A DNA stretch of 64,000 bases, taken from the NCBI GenBank assembly GCA_951406725.2, contig OX597839.1:2790001-2854000 (forward strand), written 5' to 3'. The notes beneath the pieces are model-generated. The model saw nothing but the letters and a program-made list of their open reading frames with translations, was not told the origin of the DNA and did not search any database. This document shows, in pieces, positions 1 to 13,537 of this stretch (its first letter is position 1; every line of letters begins with the position of its first letter). Source of the stretch: Octopus vulgaris (taxonomy: Eukaryota). The position numbers and the translations under genes were made by a program.

Positions 1-209
1 TGTGTGTGTGTATATATAGATGATGATGATGATGATGATAGAGAGAGAGAGAGAGAGAGGCATGTTTGTGTACTTAATATAAATACACACATACATACAC
101 ACACAAATATTCATGTGTAGAGCAGCCCATGGAAACACATGTATACACATATGGGAATACTTAAAACACAGGAACATGCATATACACACGTGCATGTGAA
201 TATATATAT

Positions 210-248
<39 letters not shown>

Positions 249-885
249 TACACACATATATATATATATATATATATGCATGTGTGTGTATATATGTATA
301 CATGCATGCATACTTACATACATACATACAAATACACTTTTGTACAGGCATATCTACACAGGAGTTCATGCGTGTGCACACACACACACACACACACACA
401 AGTACACACACACTTGCATCAGTTTACATTCATTTCTACATGTCTACACACAATCCCATGCACACACACAACACACACAAATCATTTCTATCTTTTTTTT
501 TTTCTTGAATATTATTTTCAATCTTAACATTTGCCAGAATTGTTGTGAAGAGTGCCCAGAATTAAGTTTTTGACATAACACTTCATCACCACCAACACCA
601 CCACCACCACCACCAACACCACCACACCACACTACTAACTAGACAGATATGGAATTGATGTTACTGGAGCTGTTCTGCATGTTGTATGTGTGTGTATTTT
701 CGCTGTTTGTCTTCACTGTATTTTTAACATCCTAATTGGATGTTATAAATATATTGAAGATAAACACGTGTGTTTTGGTGCACACACATACACTGATATA
801 GAGAATCATCATCATCATCATCATTAACATCACTGTCATCATCATCATCTTCGTTGCCGTCATCGTCATCATCATTACAACTACC

Positions 886-1102
886 AATTTCTTTACTGCC
901 CACAAGGGGCTAAACGTAGAGAGGACAAACGGATTAAGTCGAGTATATCAACCCCAGTGCATAACTGGTACTTATTTGATTGATCCCGAAACAATGAATG
1001 GCAAAGTCGACCTCGGCACAATTTGAACTCAGAACATAGCAGCAGACGAAATGCCGCTAAGCATTTCGCCTGGCGTGCTAACGTTTCTGCCAGCTCACCG
1101 CC
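886..1102 (-). mobile_element. SINE family A (tRNA-like head, Nin/Deu-like core)
   Basis: Reverse complement of ggcgg..gagctggcagaaacgttagc...gagttcaaat (A/B-box-like), core gtcgactttgcc(t)ttcat..ttcggg, tail ttagccccttgtggg..gtaaagaaat. Flanking duplication cattacaactacc. Confidence 0.85.
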
Positions 1103-1124
1103 TTATTACATTACAACTACCACC

Positions 1125-1520
1125 ATCACCATCATCATCATTTAATGTCCGTTTTCCATGCTGACACGGGTTGGATGGTTTGACTGAAAACTGGTAAGCT
1201 GGGGAGCTGCATCCAGACTTCAGTCTGATTTTGCATGGTTTCTTCAGCTTGATGCCCTTCCTAATGTCAACCACTCCAAGAATGTAGCGAGTGCTTTTTA
1301 TGTGTCACTGGCACAAGTGCCAGTTATGAAACTGAGCATTGGCCGCGACTACAATCTCACTTGCTTTGACAGGTCTTCTCAAGCATGGTATAACGAGGTC
1401 TTGGTCATTTGTCCCTGCCTTTCTGTGGCCCAAAATTTGAAAGATGCTATTTACATGCCACTAGCATCAGTAATGACTATGATTTCACTTGGCTGGACGG
1501 GTTTTCTCAAGCACAGCATA
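1125..1520 (-). mobile_element. SINE-like family C ((GAT)n tail), diverged copy
   Basis: catcatcatttaatgtccgttttccatgct...gatgcccttcctaatgtcaaccactcc...gtgcttttta, matching copies at 21315, 30218, 58731 and 63321. Confidence 0.75.
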
Positions 1521-1853
1521 TTGCCTATGTGTTCCTTTATTTATGATGATATACTATGAATTGGGGGAGATTTTGTGACTATTTCTAGCACATTGTGTGA
1601 TCCTGTAGTGGCGTTTATTTTCTTTGATGCATGTTTATTGGCAATGCTCTGCTGATGTCCACCTCTCAAGCTTAGATTTACGAACTCGCATCAGACTGTT
1701 GCTGGTGGAGAGAACATGCTGAGGCCATTGTCTTGCATTGTACTGAACATGGGCAACCCCAAAATACTGCACCCTCTGTCAAGCCAGTGTGGTAGAGTAA
1801 GCTCAACAAATGAATATGATCTCAAGATCAAATTCATGGTCTATACATCAGAC

Positions 1854-2046
1854 CAGTGCTGTTCAAACTTTTTGCTGGAGCGGAACCCCAAGGAAACATT
1901 CCACTGGCTCAAGGAACCCCTGTGCAATAATTTAATAGTTTTATGCATACATATCTGCACAGGAGAATAAAAAATTACTGCTGATTTTAGTAACTTCTTG
2001 CGGAACCCCTGGACTGTACTGGTGGAACCCTGGTTGAAAACCACTG
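1854..2046. mobile_element. hAT (Charlie-like) MITE
   Basis: TIRs cagtgctgttcaa / ttgaaaaccactg (11/13). Perfect 8-bp TSD catcagac at 1846-1853 and 2047-2054. Confidence 0.9.
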
Positions 2047-2602
2047 CATCAGACCATGGTTGATGGAGAGAACATGCTGAGGCCCTCATTCTGCAATGGA
2101 CTGAACATTGGCAATCCAATCCAATCAAGTTCAACTTGGTATACGTTCTTACATGTTTGTCGGTTAAATCAATCTTGATATTTGATATTTGTTTAACAAA
2201 AGAACTATGCTAAACTTTTCTAATTAGTTTTGACTTAAAAAGTATTAAAACTGATTGAAACTAATTAGTGGACAGTTTAATAAATTAATGAACACCATCT
2301 GGTAGGTCATATTTAGGTTTCAAATGAATGAGCTAGCACAATAACTACCACTTCCAACTATTACAGCTACTGCTGCTGCTGCTACTACTACTACTACATC
2401 GGGTTTTTAATATAAGCACAAGGCTGCAAATTTAGGGAGAAGGAAGTCAATTCAGTTGACCTCAATGAGTAGCAAGAATTGAAATTGGAGTTTTAAAAGC
2501 TGTTACTGAATGCTTTAAAGCATTTTGTCTGGCGCTCTAATCAACTTTGCAAATCCACTGAATTTATTAATAATAATAATCATAATATTATCATTATTAC
2601 CA

Positions 2603-3150
2603 AGTTGGCAATCTGGCAGAATTGTAAGTATGCCGGACCAATTTGCTTAGTGGTATTGCATCCGTCCTGACGTTCTGAGCTCAAATTTTGCTGAGGTTGA
2701 CTTTACCTTTTATCCTTTTGGGGTCTATGAAATAAGTACCAGTTACGCATTGGGATCAATGTAATTGACTATCTCATTCCCCCAAATTTCAGGCCTTGTG
2801 TCTTTAGTAGAAAGGATTGTTATTATTATTATTATTATTATTAGGGCAAAGGTGGTGAGCTGGCAGAATTGCTAGTATGCCGGGTGTAATGCTTAGCGGT
2901 ATTTTGTCTGCTGTTACGTTGTGAGTTCAAATTCTGCCGAGGTCGACTTTGCCTTTCATCCTTTCGGGGTCGATAAATTAAGGACCAGTTACGCACTGGG
3001 GTCGATGTAATCGACTTAATACCTATGTCTGTCCTTGTTTGTCCCCTCTGTGTTTAGCCCCTTGTGGGTAATAAAGAAATAGGTATTTTGTCTGCCATTA
3101 TGTTCTGAGTTCAAATTCAGCTGAGGTTGACTTTACCTTTCATCCTTTCA
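2603..3150 (+). mobile_element. Cluster of tandem or nested SINE A copies
   Basis: Older copy 2603-2820, younger copy ~2850-3082, then resumption of another head at ggtattttgtctgcc. Confidence 0.8.
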
Positions 3151-3472
3151 CGGTTGACATGGTGTGTGTGTGTGTGTGTGTGTGTGTTCTTGCTTTGGCT
3201 TCATGTGATAATTGTAAATGAGTGGTGTTGTTCCGTTTCCTGTCTTCTACCTTGCTTGGAAACTGATAGGGCTAAGTAAGAAGGAGAGCTGCCCCATACA
3301 AACATGGAAAAGTAGACGTTAAACTGATGATGATGGCATATATATATGTGTGTGTGTGTATGTCTGTGTGTGTTTATATGTGTGTGTTGGTACGTTTGTG
3401 TGTGTATATATATGTGCATATATATATGTGTAAGTATGTATGTATGTGTATATATGTATGTGTATCTATATA

Positions 3473-3513
<41 letters not shown>

Positions 3514-3570
3514 GTTTGTATGTGTGTATATATCTGAGCTTGTGTGTGTGTTTTAATTGTAATTAGCATT

Positions 3571-3657
3571 AAGTTTCAGAGTGACTCAAGGGCTGAGAGT
3601 TTCGTAATTTAAGTGCCAACATATGAAACTGTCAGCCTTTGAGTCACTCAGTAACTT
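3571..3657. other. ~87-nt inverted-repeat hairpin (MITE remnant or pre-miRNA-like)
   Basis: gagtgactcaagggctgagagtttcgta (3579-3606) pairs with tatgaaactgtcagcctttgagtcactc (3622-3649) with two G.U pairs and one mismatch. 15-nt loop; outer aagtt/aactt. Confidence 0.8.
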
Positions 3658-3677
3658 CAGATGATTATTAATAAAAA

Positions 3678-3722
<45 letters not shown>

Positions 3723-3743
3723 TATATATATATATATATACTC

Positions 3744-3789
<46 letters not shown>

Positions 3790-4179
3790 CACATACATAC
3801 ATATACATGCGTGTGTATGTATATGATGTGTATGTATGTGTGTGTGTGAATGGTCTATTGACACTGCTGTCCCAGTAGTTTCTTTTATGTCTCCCCCCCA
3901 CACACTCTACTCCATCTGCACTAATGACCTACTCCTGCATTACTGCTCTCCCAACACCCCTCTCCTGACACTTCCCCCCTCGTGCAGGTGATACCAGACT
4001 TCATTCCTCATTAACCTTCTCCACATGGGCATCAAGCACACAACCTAGACAGCTTACATCAGACATGCACTCAACTTCCAGGGAAGTGGGACACTATTCT
4101 CCTCCTCTCCTCCCCTTTTTTATGCTGATGTGTTGGACAGGGTTATACATACATACATACATACGTTATGTATATATAT

Positions 4180-4567
4180 ACTCTTTACTGTTTTACTGGT
4201 TTCAGTCATTTGACTGCGGCCATGCTAGAGCACCGCCTTTAGTCGAGCAAATTGACCCCGGGACTTATTCTATCGGTCTCTTTTGCCGAACCGCTAAGTG
4301 ATGGGGACATAAACACACCAGCATCGGTTGTCAAGCAATGCTAGGGGGACAAACATAGACACACACAAACACACACATATATATATATATATATACATAT
4401 ATACGACAGGCTTCTTTCAGTTTCCGTCTACCAAATCCACTCACAAGGCATTGGTCAGCCGGAGGTTATAGCAGAAGACACTTGCCCAAGGTGCCACATA
4501 GTGGGACTGAACCCGGAACCATGTGGTTGGTTAGCAAGCTACTTACCACACAGCCACTCCTGCGCCT
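4180..4567 (-). mobile_element. SINE family B, near full length
   Basis: Head aggcgcaggagtggctgtgtggtaag...ccgggttcagtccc, internal (TA/TG) microsatellite, tail ...gcatggccgcagtcaaatgactgaaac.agtaaaa. More than 15 copies in the window. Confidence 0.9.
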
Positions 4568-4830
4568 ATATATATAACATATATGTTATGTATATATTTA
4601 TTTTATCATTTCATTGGAATATGGCCATGCTGGGGCACCATCTTGTAGGGTTTAGTTGAACAAATTAACTCCAATACTTGTTTTCCTTTTAAGTGTGGTA
4701 CTTATTCTATCAGTTGTTTTTCCCCCTAAACTGCCAAGTTACATGGATGCAAACAAACCAACACTAATTGTCAAGCAGTGGGGGTGGGGACAAAGACACC
4801 ACCCATGTGTTTATATGTGTGTGTAATGTA

Positions 4831-4898
<68 letters not shown>

Positions 4899-5156
4899 CA
4901 TGCACACACTCATATATATATGACCAGGGTCCTTTCTGTTTCTGTTTACTAGATCCACTTTCAAGGCTTTGGTCAGGCCAGGGCTATAATAGAAGACACT
5001 TGCCGAAAGTTCCACACAGCCACACCGTATGACTGAACCTGGAACTATGTGATTGGGAAGCAGACTTTTTACTACATTACTATGCCTAAATGTATATAGG
5101 CACACACCTGTGCCTATATACATTTATACTTTGTTACATTCATGCATACATATATA

Positions 5157-5699
5157 TCTCTTATGATAAATGGCAGATTTTCTCTGCCTGTGACTATGTT
5201 TCTTTTTAATACAATTGTACAATATAGAATTTCTTCAATTGGAATTTACCTATGATTTTTCGAAGTAGATTCGATTGGGTCATTGCATATACATTTTTTT
5301 CAATTTCACCCCCAATTAAGCAAAAATTCGAGAAAACTCAATATTTTACGATTTGCCTCTCTCATTTCAAATGCTTTACTCCTGCTATTACCACACTTTC
5401 TCCTACTTTCTCTTTGCAAGATAGAAGAAGGGTTGCTCTTCCTTCCGTAGAAGATAAAATTCAAATCGGACCATGTTAAGACCAAAAATTATTTACATCA
5501 AAAAGGTGCTTTTTTCTATGAAAATCACTATTTTTTACGATTTTTTCACTGCTGTGTCGCAACTTTTCGGTGTATTTCAACCAGAAAAATGTTCACTTGA
5601 AGAGAATAACAAGCTACATAATTCAAAATTTTTACTTTTCAAAAATTCCAATTCCAGTGGGTCGAAACAAACCCGAGCAACGCTGGGCGATACTGCTAG
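5157..5699 (+). mobile_element. Non-autonomous Helitron
   Basis: Starts with TC after A and ends with CTAG before T. Subterminal hairpin cccgagc-aac-gctggg about 9 nt before CTAG. No TSD. Confidence 0.75.
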
Positions 5700-5989
5700 T
5701 CTATAGATACATATATACACATCCATGAATGAATGAATGAATGAAAAGAAAGAGTATTCAATATATTTTCAAAGAGATAGATGAGTTGATAGAGGCACAG
5801 GCAAGGTTGTGTGGTTAATAAGTTTATTCGGCAGCTACATGGGTTCCAGTTTGATCTGACCGCGTTTCACTTTGGGAAAATGTCTGTTACTGTTGGCTTG
5901 GATTTATTTATGCACACTTACACACAAACACACACATACACCTTTATTTTCCCAATCGTGCTTTTTCATGTTTTCTCACATTCCTTCTC

Positions 5990-6420
5990 ATACACTTCTC
6001 TCTTTCTCTCTCTCTCATCCTCTCTCTCTCACTAACTTTCTCACTCATTCTCTCATCCATCTCTTACCTTGCTTGCTCTCTGCTCTCTCTTTCTCCTCTC
6101 ACCTATTGCTCAACTTTGTCTTATTTCACATATTCATATATCTTTCTCTCACTATTCTCATCTATGTTTCTCTGACCCCTCTGTGTCTCTCCTCTTTATC
6201 TCCCCTCTCTCTCTCTCTCTCACTTCTCACTCTTCTCTCTATCTCACCCCATTCCTCTCTTTATCTCACCTTCTCAGTCTCACCTTCCCTCTCTGTCTAC
6301 CTCTCTCTTTCATCTCCTCCCTCTCTCTTTCTCTCACTACTCTTTCTCTCTCGCCTTCCTCTCCTTTCTCTCTCACCTTCCTCTCCTCTCCCTCACCTCC
6401 ACCTTTCCTCTTTCTCACAT
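5990..6420. repeat. Degenerate (CT)n polypyrimidine tract
   Basis: About 430 nt made almost entirely of C/T on the + strand. Confidence 0.9.
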
Positions 6421-8844
6421 ATGCCAACCAACTACCCACATTATCTCCACAAATCATTTTTATTTTATGCTGATTTGTTGAAAGGTAAAATAAAATTGTA
6501 TCCCCCCCTCCCCAAAAGGAACATTATTAAAAAAAACCCCAGTAAAACAGAACCAACAAAAATACCTCCCTCCACTTACTACTACTACTACTACTACTAC
6601 CAACAACAATAACAGACGTAACATTAATAACAACAATAATAATAGTAAGAAGAAGAGTGTGTTGTAATGTGCATTGGTAATCTGTGGAAGATCTCAGCAA
6701 AGTGGACATCAAATAGATTGTGCCGGAAATTTTTGGAACTGCTCCCCCACCATCTCATGCTCCAGCTCCTCCCATCACATTGTTTGATATTACATCACTT
6801 GTTGACAGTGTTGCTGTTGCTATTGTTGTTGTCGTCATTGCACTTTTTTTTTTCTTTTTTACTGTTTTGTTGTTGTTGTTGCTGTTCATGTTATTTTCAG
6901 CATTTTGACATTTTCTCTTCATGTCATCAACTGGCTTCCAGACAATGTCAATGTAATGAAACAGATGCTCTCTCTTTCTCCTTACTTTCTTCTTGCGCCC
7001 CCCCCCCCCGCCGTCCTCCTGCCATGAGACAGAACAGAGCAATATTGGTTTGCCCCCCCCCCCCACACTCCCCCCTCATACTCCCTATACACGCTCATGC
7101 ATACACACACACATTCGCATGCATCTCTCCTCTGGTCCATGTGCTGCTTCACTGCTTCCTCTTCTTACACAGCACCAAATCCCCCCTTCCCCATCCCCTC
7201 ATTCACCTCTTCGTACCTCTCCACCAACATCCTTCACCTCTTCCTTTTCCCCCACCCCCACCTACCGTCATCCACTTTCTCATTATACCGGTTCCTTCTC
7301 TCGTTATTCTGAACCTCACCATCTGCCTACCATAGCACCCACCTTCCCTCCAAAGCCACCTTTCTTCAAACCCCCCTCTTCCCTCCACACTCCCCCTCAT
7401 TATATTAGCTACGACTCCCTCCCCACCCTCACCCTTGTTCCTTATGCCTTCATTCTGTCCTCCTCTTTCTTGTTATGCAAGCGCCACTCTATGTTACTAG
7501 ATTGGAGAATTTATTAAAGCTTTTTTCTTTTTTATTTATTCTGTTTCATTTTTTAGGTGAGGGGCTTTTTTTTTTCTGAAGCAAAGAAATGGATTTTCTT
7601 TGAGGCAGAGTAATAACTTTGGTTCTTGAGATTGTGTCTGTGTGTTTGGAATTGGAATTAAGGATTGCAAATCCACACAGCCAACGAGCAAGCCTCTGTG
7701 TAATTACCCTGTCCCTTATTCATTTCAGCTTTTACTTGTTTCATTCAGTCAGAGGACTGTGGCTGTGTTGAGGCACCACAAATTGACCCCCAAGTGCTTA
7801 TTTTTAAGTCCAATACTTATACTCTTGGTTTCTATTGCTGAACCATTAAGTTATGGGAACGTAAACAAACCAACACTGGTTGACAAGTGTTGACAGACAC
7901 ACACAACACACACACACACACACACACACATACATAGGTGCAAGCGTGGCCGTGTGGTAAGAAACTTGTTTCTCAACTACATGGTTGTGGGTTTTGTTCC
8001 GCTGCATGGCATCTTGGCAAATCTCCCCTACAATAACCTTGGGCTGACCAAAGCCTTGTGAGTGGATTTGGTAGATGGAAGCTGAAAGAAGCCCATTGTG
8101 TGTGTGTGTATATATATAAATATATAGATATAAATATATATATGAGGGGAAATCAAAAATTATGTACACTTTGGTCATAACTTATCCTAAATATTAATAT
8201 GCTAACTTTTGTTTTTTTTACATATGTATGTACCTGTGGTGTGTGTCACACTTACTTCAAAGGAAGAGGTTAAATGGTTGAAGGGAGAGGTATAAAGAAA
8301 AAGAGAAATAAAAAGTGTTAAGCAGAGGAGGTCTAGGTGAAGTGAGTGGCAAAATGGGAGAGGAGGGACAGGAAGTGAGAGAGAAAGAGAGAGAGAGAGA
8401 GTGAGTGGTGACTGAAATGAAGGTGGCGTTCCTCCTTTTTTTAGTTTTTAAATGTTTATCAGTATTTTCAGAGTAGACTGATGCATATATTGAAAGAAAT
8501 GTAGATACATAAATACATTGTTAAATCAAGGACAAATAAGTACAGCAAATATAGGATGTCACACAAATTCTGTCCAACCCATACCAGTATGAACAAGTTA
8601 ATGTTAAATAATAACAATGCTTCTCAAAACAAAGTATTTAATTTTACTGTACTTACTGTACCTGTGTTTTATTAGGGTAATAAAACTTGTTATTTCCTAT
8701 TTCTCTCTCATATTCAGAACAAAAGCAGTGAGCTGGCAGAATTGTTAGTACACCAGGCAAAATCTATGTTCTGATTTCAAATTTGGCCGAGCTTGACTTT
8801 GTCTTACGTCCTTTCAGGGTTGATGTAATTGACTTACATATATG

Positions 8845-9024
8845 TACCGTTGGCGATTTTTTTTCCTCTGTCTTCCCTTCTCAGGATCTTTCCTTCTCCT
8901 ATGTTTCCGATGAAGAGCTCCGCTCGAAACGTTAAACCCTCCTTCTTCCCTGAGTGTCCAATAATACTATATTCATTCCACATCCTCGCATTGTTGTGTT
9001 TTTTTTGTGTTTTCTTGTTTGGAT

Positions 9025-9029
<5 letters not shown>
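8845..9029 (+). mobile_element. Short Penelope pLTR-like element ending at (TA)n
   Basis: Contains the hammerhead fold at 8903-8937. T-rich 3' part abuts (TA)n at 9030. Confidence 0.6.
8903..8937 (+). ncRNA. Minimal type-I hammerhead ribozyme-like motif
   Basis: GTTT-CCGATGA-A-GAGC(TCC)GCTC-GAA-ACGT-T-AAAC: stem I GTTT/AAAC, stem II GAGC/GCTC, palindromic stem III ACGT, GUU site. Confidence 0.65.
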
Positions 9030-9069
<40 letters not shown>

Positions 9070-9072
<3 letters not shown>

Positions 9073-9460
9073 TAGGAGTGGCTGTGTGGTAAGTAGCTTG
9101 CTTACGAACCACATGGTTCCGGGTTCAGTCCCACTGTGTGACACCTTGGGCAAGTGTCTTCTACTATAGCCTCAGACCAACCAAAGCCTTGTGAGTAGAT
9201 TTGGTTGAGGGAAACTGAAAGAAGCCCGTCATATATATGTATGTGTGTGTATATGTTTGTGTGTCTGTGTTTGTCCCCCCAACATCACTTGACAACCATT
9301 GGTGGTGTGTTTACGTCCCCTGTAACTTAGCGGTTCGGCAAAAGAGACCGACGATAGAATACGTACTAGGCTTACAAAGAATAAGTCCTGGGGATGATTT
9401 GCTCAACTAAAGGCGGTGCTCCAGCATGGCACATTCACATGACTGAAACAAGTAAAAGAG
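9070..9460 (+). mobile_element. SINE family B
   Basis: Full head-microsatellite-tail structure as at 22304. Confidence 0.9.
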
Positions 9461-9950
9461 TATATATATATATATATATATATACACATACATACATACA
9501 CACGACAGGCTTCTTCTGCAAGATTTTGGTTGAAGACACTTGTTGAAGGTGCCTTACAGTAGGACTGATCCCAGAATCATGTGGTTGTAACGTAAACGTC
9601 TTACCATACAGCCACACCTGTGCCTATGTGTAACTGTTTTGCTTGTCTCATATCTCCATTGTATGAAGGTAGACTTTCGTGAGGAGCATGTGTGTGTGTT
9701 TTGCACATGGCCTAACCATCAACATTGCAAGACAGCTCTGATAACCTTATTATCAGGACACCCCACCATGAAAACGAGCTTCAGAAGAATGTATTGTTGT
9801 ATATTCTTCTTGTCTCCTGACTTGTTAATATGAATAGTAAGGATTCTTTTACTCGGTGGTATTTCTGATGTTGCCTTACTGCATTCTATGTGTGTTTGTT
9901 TCTTATTACATATGTGTGTCTGTATGTGTGCTAGTATGGAGTTAAATGGT

Positions 9951-10009
<59 letters not shown>

Positions 10010-11129
10010 TTATAATATAGGGTGTGTGTGTATTGTGTGTATATATATATATATATAATATATATATTTGTATAGGCGTGTGTATTGTGTGTATATATAT
10101 CTGAATGTATGCATATATATAAAACACCTTTATATATGCACAAGCATATACATACATACACATACACACAACTGTGCATGTGCATGCATACATATATTTT
10201 CATATATATGTATACATGCACACATACATACACACACAGATGTGTGTGGCCAAGTGTTATAATGTATATGATTCCTATTTCTCAGTTTTGCGAGGAATTC
10301 TCTTTAACAAAGTTAGGTATGACTAATATTAAGAAATTTAAGAACTTTGTTTCTTTTTTTTGGGGGGGTTTTGTTTTGCTTTGTTTATATATTTTGATTT
10401 ACACTCTTCTCTTCTCTCTTCCTTTTCTTTTGTTTGTTTTTGAAACTACAGTGGAGGCTGTGTGGCTTAAGAAGTGCACTTTGCAACCACAGGGTTGTGA
10501 GTTTGATCCCATTGCAAGACACCTACTCCCACTGCTTCAGGTTGACCCATACCTAACATGCAAAATGCAGTGGACAGAAACCATGTAGGAAGTAGTCAGA
10601 TATGCTCTACAGGAATCTGTTGCCTCTTAACTCTTTCATTATTCCTTTATTCTTTTACTTGTTTCAGTCATTTGTCTGCAACCATTCTGGAGCAGAGCCT
10701 TGAAGAGTTTTATTCAAACAAATCGACCCCAGGACTTATTTCTTAAGCCTAGTACTGCTAAGTTTCAGGGATATAAATACACTAACACCAGTTGTCAAGC
10801 GGTGATTGGGGGACAAACACTGACACAAAGACACACACATGTATAATGTATAACGGGCTTCTTTCAGTTTCCATCTACCAAAGGCACTCACAAAACTTTG
10901 ATCAGCGTGGGGCTATAGTTGAAGACGCTTGTCAAAGTTGACTTGTAGTGGAACTGAACCCCGAACCATGCAGTTGGGAAACAAAATTCTTACCACACAA
11001 TCGCTCTTGCTCCTAGGATGTCATTTGAGGAGAGATTTAGATGCCATTTTATAGCAAGATGAGCTCATCATCTCTCTTTTATTGACTTCTGAAGTGTTGT
11101 GTTTTATCAATATATACTTTTATAATTTT

Positions 11130-11358
11130 GGCGGCGAGCTGGCAGAAACATTAGCTCACTGGGTGAAATGCTTAGCGGTATTTCATCTGTCGTTACGTTC
11201 AGAGTTCAAATTCCACTGAGGTCGACTTTGCCTTTCATCCTTTCGGGGTCGATAAATAAAGTACCAGTTTCGCACTGGTTGCGATGTAATCGACTTAATC
11301 CCTTTGTCTGTCTTTGATTTCCCTTGTATGTTTAGCCCCTTGTGGGCAGTAAAGAAAT
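11130..11358 (+). mobile_element. SINE family A with 20-bp TSD
   Basis: TSD atatatacttttataatttt at 11110-11129 and 11359-11378. Confidence 0.9.
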
Positions 11359-12432
11359 ATATATACTTTTATAATTTTGGAGAAGCTGGCTCTGTTGACC
11401 CTAGTATTCAACTGGTACTTATTTTATTGACTTTGAAATGATGAAAGGCAAAGTTGGAATGCAGACCTCAAAGGGCCGGAAGAGACACCACCAGGCATTT
11501 TGTCTGGCACCGTTACGACTCTGCCAGTTTGCTGCATTGTGTGTTATCAAAATAATGCGATGCGATTCCTCGTCATTGTGTTGTCGGAATACATGGGGAA
11601 GAGTGTGAAGCGCTGAAATGTTGGAATGATCTCCTGTATATTTAATCAAAATGTCATGAACTTTAGAAGAATTAACAGCTTTCACTGTTCCATTAGTGAT
11701 CCATTACATAGGCAGCAGCTTGTATTGCATTCTTAGGTGTTTTTGTAACGCCATTTGATAGAAACACTTGGTAAAACTTCCAATACTAACCTTTGATGTT
11801 TCCAATAACAAGATAGCTAGCAATCCTAGGCCGCTCCAAATTCTTCCACTGCTCGTTTCTTCTGGCTTGCTTCTGTTTTCCTAATGTATTTACATCTAAA
11901 GCAAATACACCTTCACTTAAGATAGTATTCCTTGGCATTCCAATGAGAAGGCCTCTACAAGGGTACTTTTTGACATGCTAGAAACAGCAGCTAAAGTGGC
12001 AGCTTAACCATATTTAAAAAGGAAGGATGTTTGAATAAAGTAGTCATAAAACCCATTGTTTCTGGTTGGTGGGGTGTGGAGGTGTGGAAGGGGAAGGCAT
12101 GATAAAAAGGAGGGATGGACATGGTTGGAACACCCTTTTGATCATAGGTCTGTGGGATCAGGGCTGATATGGGCTAAACGACGACACCACTTATCCATTC
12201 TGGTTTACTTGACATTTGAGTTTTTATTTTATTCTATAAAGTTAGATGAGTAGCAGTAGGAGGAGTAGGAAGAGATGGGTCACACTCATGACCTTTTGCA
12301 ACATATCCTTATCACCGCACTCATCTCCATCTCCAACTAGTGACATTGATGTGACTAATGTCCCGATATATATATATATGTAAATGTGTACAAACATATA
12401 TATATATACACACACAGAGACACACACTCACA

Positions 12433-12653
12433 CATGAGTGGGCACTGAAAAGTTGTTGGCTTTGGGTAAAAGAAAATACAAGAGGATCAGTTCATTATGA
12501 TTTTATTCAACATATTCCCCTCTCAGATTCACACACTTACTGCAGTGGTCCTTCAGTTTTTCTCAGTCCTGTAAAAGAACTCGAAATGTTAGGCCTCCAA
12601 CAAGGCCGGCCTTTGGCAACACCCTTAAAAGCAGGAACTTTTCAGCACCCCCT

Positions 12654-12657
<4 letters not shown>
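12433..12657. mobile_element. Mariner-like MITE
   Basis: Degenerate TIRs (catgagtgggcactgaaaagttg.. / ..ggaacttttcagcacccccttgta) of the TACGAGGGG type. A second copy lies in opposite orientation at 57551-57743. Confidence 0.7.
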
Positions 12658-12686
<29 letters not shown>

Positions 12687-12689
12687 ATA

Positions 12690-12913
12690 GGGTGCAGAAT
12701 CGTTAGCACGCCGGGCGAAATTCTTAGCAGTATTTCGTCTGCCACTACGTTCTGAGTTCAAATTCCGCCAAGGTCGACTTTGCCTTTCATCTTTTCGGGG
12801 TCGATTAAATAAGTACCAGTTACGCACTGGGGTTGATATAATCGACTTTATTCGTTTGTCTGTCCTTGTTTGTCCTCTCTTGTGTATAGCCCCTTGTGGG
12901 TAGTAAAGAAATA
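12690..12913 (+). mobile_element. SINE family A, slightly 5'-truncated, joined to a family D tail
   Basis: gcagaatcgttagcacgccgggcgaaa...gtagtaaagaaata followed by ggtacatgtgtctgtgtagtgctcagcc (family D). Confidence 0.85.
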
Positions 12914-13486
12914 GGTACATGTGTCTGTGTAGTGCTCAGCCACTTGCATGTTAATTTTATGAACTGACAGTTCAGTTGATCAGATCAACTGGAATACCTG
13001 TCATTGTAGTGGGCGGATAGCCAGGTCAAATATAAAGCTCATTTATTCACCTTGTTTTGAATTAACCGTGTGTTATCTGGTGGCTTCTAGATTTCAATGG
13101 TGTAATCGCTTAATTTCAGAATGGCATTGTAGGGTAGGTGTGTTCCCACTGATCATCCAAAGACAATTAGTATTAAAGATCCATATGCTGTTTCAAGTTG
13201 CTTTTTGGTTACACATGTAATGTAATGTAATGTAATGTAATGTGTGCGTCTTGAATAAATATTTACATAGAGTAATGAATCTCTGTCTAAAGTTTCATGT
13301 GTCATGTGTATGGTTTGGAACGTATGAAAATAATTGAATGTTGCTCTAAGATTAAAAAAAGCTAGTTTGTCCATTCCTGTTTCGTGTTGTTTTCTGTCAT
13401 TTGCAACCAAGCATACATTCTATGTGTGTGTGTGTGTGTGTGTGTGCATACAGACATACATGAATATGTACTCTCTCTCTCTCTCT

Positions 13487-13537
<51 letters not shown>

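Noticed and set aside
11540-11940. Unique-looking stretch (ORF 11419-11685) as a pseudogene or transposase remnant
   Set aside because: Stops in the frames inspected and no recognisable motif. BLASTX would be needed.
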